Shown: piece after piece, positions 46,101 to 54,542 of the stretch | How the letters are laid out: the number at the start of each line of letters is the position of its first letter | How positions within the stretch are numbered: position 1 is the stretch's first letter | Assembly: GCA_964453205.1 (NCBI GenBank) | Contig: CAYVRC010000005.1 | Span: forward strand, 12,421-76,420 | Length of the DNA stretch: 64,000 bases | Reading direction: 5' to 3' | From: an uncultured Pirellulaceae bacterium | Lineage (GTDB): Bacteria; Planctomycetota; Planctomycetia; Pirellulales; Pirellulaceae | Notes under the pieces: generated by a model | Seen by the model: only the letters and a program-made list of their open reading frames with translations | Told to the model about the DNA's origin: nothing | Database searches by the model: none | Position numbers and translations under genes: made by a program

Positions 46101-46633
46101 GTTCGATCGCCGCGGAAGAAGTGCTCGGCGATGGCAAGACCGTTCGTGAGCGATTGGAAGCGCATCGTCAAAGTCCTGAATGCATGAGCTGTCACGAGCG
46201 GATCGATCCGCTCGGGTTCGCGCTCGAGCATTTCGATTCACTCGGCCGCTGGCGACAAACCTACAGCGACGACTTGGCGATCGATGCCAGCGGAACGTTG
46301 GCCGACGGACGTGTGCTCGACGGCTTGTCGGACTTGAAACGGTACTTGGCCGACCAAGACGAATCCGTTCGCCGGACGCTGGCGACCAACTTGGTCGCTT
46401 ATGTCACCGGACGCGCCGAATCGATCTCCGATTCGATGTTGATCCGGCGCGTGGCGGACCAGTTGGGTGAAACGCCGCAGCTGTCCTCCGCGCTGACGCT
46501 GATCATGCAAAGCCCTCAGTTTCAAAAAACGCGAGGCCACGACGCAACGCTCGTGACGCCTCACTCCCCCGCCTCCCATTCACCCGCCCCACGATCCCCA
46601 GCCCTCCGATCCCCCGAGGAAGCGACGCCATGA
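43193..46633 (+). CDS. DUF1592/DUF1595/DUF1587/DUF1588/DUF1585-type large protein with N-terminal CxxCH motif
   Basis: It has [18 protein letters not shown] (CxxCH at 43382-43396), [32 protein letters not shown] and [25 protein letters not shown]. Its stop overlaps the ATG of the DUF1552 partner (ATGA 46630-46633). Confidence 0.8.
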   Translation: MSRPRSERLPSRSVCCVKHRRLRLGHESSFASLLFVFFVSVGISREAAGEVAVAPAADVLQTYCLDCHTGAGAEARLDLEMLLSQPVEPRWQDWRRVARVLDSQEMPPEDAAQPDESERRELGRAIDESLEQLFLSAADDPGPSQLRRLTNAQYEYCIEDLTGVRFDLRDRLVPDSVGSSGFTNAATGQFMQADTLERYLEAAKQIAGHAVLGAGPLYFSEQAGATGMELASIKRIQEIYRTHGFRTGAGEGAEPYRTHLFAQAFEVAWRFRHRKALGFETKTLDRWAAESDLTPAFARHVWDTLNMPDPPYPLSELIDRWQAWPEPDAIGGDKDEAVGKLAGQLDQHMRSLQERLAGSASAEEEAALLTWNSIEIPDAKTFLVTARRRLLRKDDGNFTLDLNNADLFDKDGTVLLRISVESADQTEQVSSAVVIFENPEFKIRYNDRSDSAEVPLARVIKPESLRDLNPGSNPDGEAITSSDFVVGTGQTRTIAIELPEDSRSGQLTLHARLDQKLGRDRIVRVVIDDVTNSRVRSYSSLLRDQSSEAMSDWESGLETFAASLPQISHGEPAPSDRDPIPRPFDATYNTSERNYFHTAVKYYRDDDFLVRYLLTPDVARELQTAWTDLLTSFDFHDVNLRFVVSRYQLAEPDRPDQSALRVASLTPEWIESLPEEPRSFIAAYKAEYDAMHSARRSAQTRHLQDLIEFASRAWRQPLDAHQKQTLKAFYQTQRDEQGLDHEEAVRATIARILVSPEFLYLGEHVADGDGPARLSDFELAGRMAAVLWSSLPDASLLQAAESGALSKPDELKAQVLRMTASPKTRRFADEFFGQWLGFYQFDRFRGVDTNQFPEFDDDLKESLHDEAISFFEYLIRQDRPYHEILTADFAFLNPTIARHYGIEWDAGEGGGDQIRLVDDVTDHHRGGVLSLGALLTATSAPLRTSPVKRGDWILRRLLGTPVPPPPADAGSIAAEEVLGDGKTVRERLEAHRQSPECMSCHERIDPLGFALEHFDSLGRWRQTYSDDLAIDASGTLADGRVLDGLSDLKRYLADQDESVRRTLATNLVAYVTGRAESISDSMLIRRVADQLGETPQLSSALTLIMQSPQFQKTRGHDATLVTPHSPASHSPAPRSPALRSPEEATP

Positions 46634-48012
46634 CCGCCGAACCATCACCACGCCGACCTTTGCGTCGCCGAAGTTTCCTGAAATCTTGTCTGGGCGGAAC
46701 CGGAATCAGCTTGGCACTCCCGTGGCTGGATTCGATGCCCGTCCACGCGAACGACTCCGGCAAACTGCAGCGGGCGGATTCGGACTCAGACGGTCCGCCG
46801 GTGCGATTCGGTTGCTTCTTTTTTTCCAACGGCGTCGAACCCGAACATTGGTGGGCGAAACCGGCTGGCTCGGGGATCCGTTACGGCCACGGGCTTGATC
46901 CGCTACGCGGTCATTCCCAGGACATCACGTTCATCAAGGGTCTGTTCAACGAACAAGCCGCGTCGCACCCGAGTCCGCACATGGGGCGGATGGCCAATCT
47001 GTTGTCAGGGGCTTGGGTCAGCCAGGATCAATCCGAGATCCGTGTCGGCCGAACCATGGACCAAGTCATGGCCGAACGTCTCGGCCGACAGACGGCGCTG
47101 CCGAGTTTGTGCTTGGGCGTCGAGCCGACCGAGTTGCGACTCGAAGACGGCCTTTCGATGATCTACGGGTCCTGCATCTCTTGGGCCTCGGACATCAAAC
47201 CGGCGACCAAGGAGATCTATCCGGCGCGGGTTTACGATTTGATCGTCGGCAACCAAGGAAACCGGGATCGTGATCGCAGCATTTTGGACGCGGCGGTGGC
47301 GGACGCCGGGCGGCTCCGGAACAAGCTGTCGGCGGCGGACCGGATCAAGTTGGACGAATACTTCGAATCCATCCGTGACATCGAAAACCGCATCGACCGG
47401 GCCGGTCGGGACGACGCCTTGGAAGGTTGGCGTCCGTCGATCGACCAACCGACCTTTGGCCGACCCGACGACGACTTGCCGCAGAACGTCTCCGAACACA
47501 TGCGGTTGATGTTGGACCTGATCGTGCTGGCGTTCCAAATGGACAAGACGCGTATCGCGACTTGCATGCTGAACAACGACTTGTCCCAGATGAATTTCGG
47601 TTTCCTGGATGGCGTCCAGGGAAGTCTGCATCTGGATCTGACGCACAACGGTCGTGACCCGGACCTGGAGGCGATGTATCTGAAGACGAATCAGTTTCAT
47701 GCGTCGCAGTTCGCCTACTTGATCGACCGCATGAAACGAATCGAAGAAGGCGATTCGACGTTGCTGGACAATTCGATCCTGATGTTCTGTTCGAACCTGT
47801 TCGACGGGGATCGCCACCAAGCCGACGAAATGCCGGTGTTGTTGGCCGGAGGCGGCGGCCAGACACTTCGCCACGGCCGCGTCCTGGACGTCAGCGAACG
47901 CCCCGTCGACGAACGCCGCGCTTGCAACCTCTATCTGTCGATCATGGACCGCATGGGACTGGAACTTCCTCGATTCGGAGATGCGACGAACCGACTCGCC
48001 GGACTCGGGTGA
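46630..48012 (+). CDS. DUF1552 family protein (Tat-type signal)
   Basis: [22 protein letters not shown] is twin-arginine-like. It also has FFFSNGV and [22 protein letters not shown], and ends LLAGGGG...GRVL, as in DUF1552 proteins paired with DUF1592-type genes. Confidence 0.8.
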   Translation: MTAEPSPRRPLRRRSFLKSCLGGTGISLALPWLDSMPVHANDSGKLQRADSDSDGPPVRFGCFFFSNGVEPEHWWAKPAGSGIRYGHGLDPLRGHSQDITFIKGLFNEQAASHPSPHMGRMANLLSGAWVSQDQSEIRVGRTMDQVMAERLGRQTALPSLCLGVEPTELRLEDGLSMIYGSCISWASDIKPATKEIYPARVYDLIVGNQGNRDRDRSILDAAVADAGRLRNKLSAADRIKLDEYFESIRDIENRIDRAGRDDALEGWRPSIDQPTFGRPDDDLPQNVSEHMRLMLDLIVLAFQMDKTRIATCMLNNDLSQMNFGFLDGVQGSLHLDLTHNGRDPDLEAMYLKTNQFHASQFAYLIDRMKRIEEGDSTLLDNSILMFCSNLFDGDRHQADEMPVLLAGGGGQTLRHGRVLDVSERPVDERRACNLYLSIMDRMGLELPRFGDATNRLAGLG

Positions 48013-48092
48013 CGCAGGTGTCAACAATCAGGCGCGCCGATGCCCCGGGGGTGCGCAGCGGGCGCTGTTGTCAGGCCGGTCCGCCTCTTCGT

Positions 48093-48926
48093 TCATTGCA
48101 TGGCCCAGGTCCAGCCCGCCGCGGTGATCGCCTGCCAAGGCTCGGCCATCATGGTTTCGTTGTGATGGCCCAAAGAGATGCCAAAGACTTTGACGCCTTG
48201 CGTTTCGTTGGTCCAGATCACCGGCTCGTCCTTGTGCGTTTCGTCGCTGTGGGCGGTGGCCAGCACGGTCGTCCCCGGCCAGACTTGTTCGATGATGTAC
48301 AGCTCGCCGTTGGGCGTGTCCCAAGCTTTCCCGTCCAAGACTTCCAGAATCGGATGATCCTTGCCCGCATCGGTGGGCACGACTTTTAAGCTGTGCTTGG
48401 TCTTTTCGTGTCGTCGGCTGGTCACGCCCAAGAATTCGCGCCAGACATCGGCCGTCGGCGCGTTTCGGTAACTGTGCATGCTGCAGTGAACGACGATGGC
48501 GGGGATTTTCGTCCGCCGGTGTGCCGCGACGATGCCTTTGACAAAGTCGCCGTCGGTGACGCCGCCGAAGCATTCGTTGTGAACGACAATGTCGAAACCG
48601 TCGATCCAATCACCGCTGCGGTAGACGTCGGCCTTGATGTCCTTTTTGTCGCCGTATTCGATGATCGTCCAATCGATATTCCCGAAACGCTCGGACAGGC
48701 TTTCGCTGATGATTTGTTTTTGATTCTGATAGTCGTGACAACAGCCGCCGGTGATCAACAAAGCCTTGACGGTCGCTTTGCCGCTGTCGGCCGATGATCG
48801 CACTTGCGTCTTGGCGACCGGGGCGGAAAGCTCGACGGTTTGACCGAGGCAAACGCTGACGCACAGCGAAGCGAACACGAGGACGACACAACGTCCGACA
48901 AGATTCATGGGGCGGATAGGATTCAT
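48093..48926 (-). CDS. ThuA-domain protein (exported)
   Basis: It has a signal peptide, then KALLITGGCCHDYQNQ, VVHNECF and IVVHCSMHSY, typical of ThuA (GATase1-like fold). Confidence 0.8.
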   Translation of the reverse strand: MNPIRPMNLVGRCVVLVFASLCVSVCLGQTVELSAPVAKTQVRSSADSGKATVKALLITGGCCHDYQNQKQIISESLSERFGNIDWTIIEYGDKKDIKADVYRSGDWIDGFDIVVHNECFGGVTDGDFVKGIVAAHRRTKIPAIVVHCSMHSYRNAPTADVWREFLGVTSRRHEKTKHSLKVVPTDAGKDHPILEVLDGKAWDTPNGELYIIEQVWPGTTVLATAHSDETHKDEPVIWTNETQGVKVFGISLGHHNETMMAEPWQAITAAGWTWAMQ

Positions 48927-49536
48927 GGTTCCGGGTCACAAGTGGAAGGTGGGGCGGGGTGGACCAGCCATCATAACCCGCTGCCAAATGACCCGGTGCC
49001 AGGCAGTCGATACGACGATGTCACGAATCAAGACGTGACCCGACGCTGCCGGCTTTGGACGAAGCACTCGACAAGTCGGCTGACCTCTGCACGCACGGTG
49101 AAGCGGAATCGGGCATCCGCGCGGGCACGGCCGCCACTCGGGGGAACAAACGAAAAAGGCCCGTGACCATTCGATCAAGTTTTCACGCAGACGCCCCGTC
49201 AGCCAGGCAACAGGCAAGCTCGGTTCGCCTCGGGAAGGTCGGGCCTCCGGCCACGGTCGCCACGAGTTTTCCATTCCGCCGCGGCGTGTCGTGGCCGACG
49301 GAATTTCGTGGTTTCGGGATGCCGGATTCGCCCCCGATCCCACGGACGTCCGATCGATCCGCAAAACTTGTGGCAGCTAGGATTCATTTGTCCTATCATT
49401 GACGCCACTCAGAAAATGAGTGTCGGCCGCCGCACGGCCATGGGCATGCCGGCGTGGACCACCGAAATGAAACTTCGACCAGCGCCCGTCGATGTATCAG
49501 ATGACAGTCGTTATTGCTCTCACCCAGTAGCCGCGC

Positions 49537-50127
49537 ATGATTTCGCCCAAGTCTCCAGCTTCACCCACCCCCGAGCCCACTGGGCTCGGCGAGTCAGATG
49601 ACTTCGCGGGTGACGAGCTGCTGCAATCGTTCGAATCCCAGTTCCGCGTGTTGGCCAGCCGCATGCTGTCCGAATTCCCCGTGGTAAAACGCTGGGAGCA
49701 AACGGATGACATCATTCAAGCCTCGTTAATGAACGTGCATCGTCATCTGCGATCGGCGGAGATTCAGTCGGAGCTGCATCGACGGCGTCTTGCCGCCCGA
49801 GTGATCCGGCATCAGCTTTTGGATCTAGCCAGACATTACCGCAACAAGTCGTCGCATGCGGCCAATCACGAATCAACCGAAGGTCGCATTCCTCCAACTT
49901 CTTCGCCGGCCGAGACGCCAGGACTGCAAGAATGGGCGGAGTTCCATCAGCGCGTCGGTGAATTGCCGGCACGACTTCGTGATTCGTTCGAATTGATCTG
50001 GTACGGCGGACTGAGCCATGCGGAAACGGCATCGAATCTGGGGATCAGCCAGCGCCAATGCCAACGCCGCTGGCGTGAGGCGAAGATCGAGGTTGCCCGA
50101 GGACTCCGATACGATCTTCTGTTCTGA
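49537..50127 (+). CDS. ECF-type RNA polymerase sigma factor (Sigma70_ECF/kinase-associated class)
   Basis: The region-2-like segment is ASRMLSEFPVVKRWEQTDDIIQASLMNVHRHL. The region-4 HTH is LIWYGGLSHAETASNLGISQRQCQRRWREAKI. A Ser/Thr kinase gene starts 17 nt downstream. Confidence 0.8.
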   Translation: MISPKSPASPTPEPTGLGESDDFAGDELLQSFESQFRVLASRMLSEFPVVKRWEQTDDIIQASLMNVHRHLRSAEIQSELHRRRLAARVIRHQLLDLARHYRNKSSHAANHESTEGRIPPTSSPAETPGLQEWAEFHQRVGELPARLRDSFELIWYGGLSHAETASNLGISQRQCQRRWREAKIEVARGLRYDLLF

Positions 50128-50144
50128 CGCCTTGGGAACCCAAC

Positions 50145-53100
50145 ATGGCTGACTCGTCGAGTGACTCGCAGACGACCGAGGTCTCGCGCCTCGATCCGTC
50201 AATGCAAGAACGGGTTGAACAGCGCCTTGATCGTTGGGAGACACTGCAGGCCGCCGGGGTTGCGGCCACGCCCGAGGAACTTGCCGGCGACGACCAAGCG
50301 ATTGTGGAAACGCTTCGCGAGCGAATCGAGATGCTCAAGGCGTTTTCGCGTTTCGAGCAGCAATCGACGACAGCGCCGCCTTCGCAGGTCGACGGGTACC
50401 GGATCGTTCGCGAGATCGGCAAGGGCGCGAACTCCATCATTTATCTGGCCCAGCAGACCTTCCCCGGCCGCATGGTTGCTTTAAAGCTGCTCTGCAACGT
50501 TGCTGCACGCCCGAGGCTCGAACAAAGATTTCGGCTGGAGGCGGATGTGCTCGCGTCGCTGCAACACCCAAATATTGCGAGGATTTATGACGCCGGGATC
50601 GCCAACGTCTGGGGCGCTAAACGTCTTTACTTCACCATGGAGTGGATTGACGGGACGAACGTCCAACAGCATGTCACGGACAGGAAGACTCAGTCGCACG
50701 ACTGGACCCCAGAGGACACGGTTCGTCTGTGTCTTCACTTTGCTGACGCCTTGTCCGAGGCGCACTCGCTGGGAGCCGTCCATCGTGATTTGAAACCGGA
50801 CAACATGCTGGTGATGGCAGACGGGACCCCCAAGCTGATCGATTTCGGACTCGCTGCGGTTCGATCCGATTCCGACGTGGAGACTGGTGAATCGACCCAG
50901 GACGGTTTCGTCGGGACACGCTGTTACATGAGCCCGGAACAATTCAGCGGAAGCCCCGCGTCCATCGACACGCGGACCGACATCTACGGTTTCGGCGTCG
51001 TTTTGTACCAGCTATTAACCGATCGACTTCCCTACCCGATCGAAGACAAGACCGTTTGGGAAACAGCCGAAATCGTACGGCATCAGCCGCCGACTCCGAT
51101 CAGGCGTATCAACCGACGATGCTCGCATGACCTGGAGACGATTCTTCAGACATCCCTGAGGAAGGCACCTTCTGAGCGATATCAGTCGATGACTGAGTTT
51201 GCCGATGACTTGCGTCGGTATTTGCAGGGTCGCCCCATCCGGGCCAAGCGAATCCACATCGGGGCTGTGGTTGGGAAATGGTGCCGACGACACCGCACCG
51301 CCGCGTTGACTTCCGCGTTGGCGGTCACGGTCATGTTGGCGCTGTTGATGGCGACGCTTGTCGCCACGGCAAAAGTAGCTCGGCAATCGACCCGGCTGAC
51401 TCAGGCGAACCGGCAGCTTCAATCGCAGCAGCTTGAACTTGTCGGGGCCAATCAAGAACTGGAAACGACGGTTGATCGACTGACGCGCAAGGCGTTTAGC
51501 AAGTCATTGCTCCGGCTGTCTATGCTCGCGGACCAAGACCGCAAACACACTTACCAACAACTGTTGGATCAGCAACTTTTCCCCAACCAACTTCGATCGT
51601 TCGCCTGGAATATCCTGACGCAATCTGTTCGTCCGAACCGTATCGACTGGGTTGCTGACACGAAGGGCATCTACGACATCGCGATTTGTGATGATGGCGA
51701 TTGGTGCGCGACCAGCGGACCTTCTGCAATTCGAGTTTGGGACTGTACCACGCAAGAGCTTCTCGCCCAGTATCAAACCGACGACGTTGATCCCTCGGTT
51801 CCGCTTTCACTACTGGAAGATCCGCAGGCAGTCTGTTTTGTTTGTTTCGACGGCGGTGCCAGAAGGCTATCGGTCGATCAGGACGAAACCACCATGGTCA
51901 TTCCACCTTCGGCGCGTCGAATCACAGCGTTGTTCACCGCTTCCGCGCGAGATCTTTGCTTGACATTGGACCAGTCCGGTACGCTCGAGTGTCGAAATCT
52001 GTCGGAGAACCGACTACTGTGGAAAAGATTCATCTTGGAAAGCCAGGGCATCGCAATCCGCGCGGACGAACTCGGCCAGCGGTACGCCGCGGTATCGCGA
52101 AACGGCGAGATCGTGATCGGACTTGCCGAGTCAGGCGAGGTCACCAGTCGGCAGAACGCGAGGACGACCAAGGGAAGCACACCTCATTGGCGGCGAGCGC
52201 GGATTTCTCACGATCTCAATTCCGTGAGCCTCTGTCAGGAACGATCCAAGGCATTGGTTTGGGATGTGATTCGCAAGGAACCAAGACGATCTTTCGATCA
52301 CTTGGAGGCAGCGCCAGACATCGCCTTTGTGGAAGCGGGTGCGACGCGATCCGAACCGGCATACCTTGTTTCGGGACGCAACCGTATCGTCAAATGGTCG
52401 GGGACGTCCGAGGGCGCGATCGTCTACAGCGACAAGCCGGTAGCTGCTGGCGACAAGACGGACCAGTCGACGACAAACGGTGGGGCGATCCGAGCTGCAA
52501 CGCCTGTCGCCGTTGCGGTCGCAAGAGAACAAGATCGCGTCGCAATCGCCATGTCGGATGGCCGGTTGTTGATCGATTCCATTTACGGAAACCACCTGTT
52601 TCAACGATGGCCGACTGCCAGGTCGACGGTCGCCGGGCTGGCGCTGTCGACTGACGGCAAGCGACTGGCGGCTTACGCAGGTGGCGGCAGCATCAGCATT
52701 CACGACACGAGAAACGGCAAGATTCTTTGGGAGGCCAACGGCAATCGAAGACGGACGCATGACATTCATTTCGCCGGCAATGACCAATGGATCATTGCTC
52801 GACGCCACAAGCATCTCGTGTCGGCCTTTAACGCGGCGTCAGGCAACCTCGTGAGCGAGGTGATTGTTCCAAGCGCAAGCAGACGGATGTTGAAGGTCCG
52901 CGATCGATTTCTGCTGGGGATTGCGGCGGATCAATTAGCATTCCTAACCCTGAAGAGCGCATCCAAAGGCATCTCATTCGGACCTGTGCCTCATGGGATC
53001 AATGGCCCCATCCAAATAGCTCGCCAAGATTCGAATACCGGGCGCATCGCACTTTCCCACGATGACGGAATCGTCACCGTCGGGCAGATCACTCAGGGCG

Positions 53101-53525
53101 ATCGGTTTCAACTTCTCGCGGAGCAGTGGCTTGGTCATGTCCGCGCCATGACTTGGCTGCCTGGGCAGCACCGACTCGTCACAGGAGACCAGGATGGCTC
53201 AGTGGTTCTTTGGGGCACGCCCCCGCCGGACGCAGGCCCCCGAGGCGGTCGACGATCAATGGAGGAGATCAGTCGAACTCGCCCGAACAGTTATCCGGTC
53301 GGAAGCTTGGCCGTATCGCCCGATGGCACGACGATGGCCAGTGGCGCTTTCAATGGCGATGTCATTTTTTGGGACACGGTCACCATGGAGCCACAACTTG
53401 TCGTCTCCACCGAACTGATCCCAATCCGAGACATGGCGTTTTCGTCCGACGGAAGAACGTTGGTCATCGGTGGCAAAGGCGATCACATGGCCGTCTTTCG
53501 CACCTCGGACGCAGGTCGGCCGTAG
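50145..53525 (+). CDS. membrane Ser/Thr protein kinase with large C-terminal WD40-like beta-propeller region
   Basis: Hanks motifs are IGKGANSIIYLA, VALKLL, HRDLKPDNML, DFGLA and YMSPEQ. The TM is LTSALAVTVMLALLMATLVA, followed by a coiled coil and then ~620 aa with WD-like blades (TGDQDGSVVLWG, SGAFNGDVIFWD). Confidence 0.88.
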   Translation: MADSSSDSQTTEVSRLDPSMQERVEQRLDRWETLQAAGVAATPEELAGDDQAIVETLRERIEMLKAFSRFEQQSTTAPPSQVDGYRIVREIGKGANSIIYLAQQTFPGRMVALKLLCNVAARPRLEQRFRLEADVLASLQHPNIARIYDAGIANVWGAKRLYFTMEWIDGTNVQQHVTDRKTQSHDWTPEDTVRLCLHFADALSEAHSLGAVHRDLKPDNMLVMADGTPKLIDFGLAAVRSDSDVETGESTQDGFVGTRCYMSPEQFSGSPASIDTRTDIYGFGVVLYQLLTDRLPYPIEDKTVWETAEIVRHQPPTPIRRINRRCSHDLETILQTSLRKAPSERYQSMTEFADDLRRYLQGRPIRAKRIHIGAVVGKWCRRHRTAALTSALAVTVMLALLMATLVATAKVARQSTRLTQANRQLQSQQLELVGANQELETTVDRLTRKAFSKSLLRLSMLADQDRKHTYQQLLDQQLFPNQLRSFAWNILTQSVRPNRIDWVADTKGIYDIAICDDGDWCATSGPSAIRVWDCTTQELLAQYQTDDVDPSVPLSLLEDPQAVCFVCFDGGARRLSVDQDETTMVIPPSARRITALFTASARDLCLTLDQSGTLECRNLSENRLLWKRFILESQGIAIRADELGQRYAAVSRNGEIVIGLAESGEVTSRQNARTTKGSTPHWRRARISHDLNSVSLCQERSKALVWDVIRKEPRRSFDHLEAAPDIAFVEAGATRSEPAYLVSGRNRIVKWSGTSEGAIVYSDKPVAAGDKTDQSTTNGGAIRAATPVAVAVAREQDRVAIAMSDGRLLIDSIYGNHLFQRWPTARSTVAGLALSTDGKRLAAYAGGGSISIHDTRNGKILWEANGNRRRTHDIHFAGNDQWIIARRHKHLVSAFNAASGNLVSEVIVPSASRRMLKVRDRFLLGIAADQLAFLTLKSASKGISFGPVPHGINGPIQIARQDSNTGRIALSHDDGIVTVGQITQGDRFQLLAEQWLGHVRAMTWLPGQHRLVTGDQDGSVVLWGTPPPDAGPRGGRRSMEEISRTRPNSYPVGSLAVSPDGTTMASGAFNGDVIFWDTVTMEPQLVVSTELIPIRDMAFSSDGRTLVIGGKGDHMAVFRTSDAGRP

Positions 53526-53957
53526 TATTCCAACACAGCTTGGCTCTCGAACGCAACCGTCTTGGTGAGCCGCTGGCCGTAAGGCCTCGGGCAGACGCGA
53601 GAGGCCTGGCCGCTGACGCGATCACGGCTCACAAGATCGAGGAACGGTTGCATTTTCGCCTATCCGAAAATGAAGCCGCGGCCGAATACCGGGCAGCCTC
53701 GACCGGACCCGAGGATTCGGAAGCCTTCTCTGCACGCTGACGTGAACTTGGGATCTTTCCCATCTGATTTCGACGAATTTTCAAATTCTTCTCCGATTTG
53801 ATGTCGGGTTCGATCAGATTTCTTCGCAGGGACGGGTGAGCAGGCGATTGTGTTGTGTCTGCCGTTCACTGCCCGCCCCGATCGACCCAACCATGATTCG
53901 CCTGCACATCGAATGTGGCCGACGGAACGCCCCGAGACGCCCCAGGCCGAAGGCGTC

Positions 53958-54335
53958 ATGACGACCTCACAGGATCTCATTCCGACGGCCGACGCCTTAG
54001 CGATCGCCAAACTGCTGGGTGATGTCGCCGGCATGGATGCCGACGTCCCCCAACAAAAAGGCCTGCTCATGCGGGGACTCACCCAGCTCACCGATGCGGA
54101 CGGCTGGTTGTGGTCCCTTGCGTCTTCGGACCACGGCAAGAACCAGTCCATCTCCCTGGACGTCATCCACGAGGGGCTGACCGACGATCAGTTTGCAGGC
54201 TGGCTGGAGGCAAGCCAGACCGCCGACCCGCCACTGCCCGAGGACGAGCCCATCACGCGGTGCCTCCCTTGGGAGGATGGACGAAAACACTTGCTGTCAA
54301 TACTATCCGAAATCATGTCACCAGCCCCGGAATAG
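53958..54335 (+). CDS. hypothetical protein, possibly the N-terminal remnant of a regulator truncated at the island boundary
   Basis: The sequence MTTSQDLIPTADALAIAKLLGDVAGMDADVPQQKGLLMRGLTQLTDADGWLWSL... looks coding. The last ~15 codons coincide with the drop in GC, and no DNA-binding domain follows. The family assignment is a guess. Confidence 0.35.
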   Translation: MTTSQDLIPTADALAIAKLLGDVAGMDADVPQQKGLLMRGLTQLTDADGWLWSLASSDHGKNQSISLDVIHEGLTDDQFAGWLEASQTADPPLPEDEPITRCLPWEDGRKHLLSILSEIMSPAPE

Positions 54336-54542
54336 ACGTGTATTCACAACATAGGATTCGCGAAACTCGGTTCCGGGCGAGCGAACGCAAACGCGAAACC
54401 ACGCCAAAACACGATTGTGCTCAAAGTGATGTTTCGACATCTCAGTAAGCAAAGATCAATGTAACCGGTCCTAGCAAGCCAGGCTCGAACGCCCCCTGCA
54501 AGAACAAAACAAGAAGATTCGCTTTTAAAGTTTTTTGAAATC

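Noticed and set aside
47005-48027. 340-aa minus-strand ORF opposite the DUF1552 gene
   Set aside because: It is an antisense shadow with no motifs.
53560-53600. Short hairpin (ggcctc...gaggcc) after the kinase gene as a terminator
   Set aside because: The stem is only 6-7 bp, with no U-tract, so it is not convincing.
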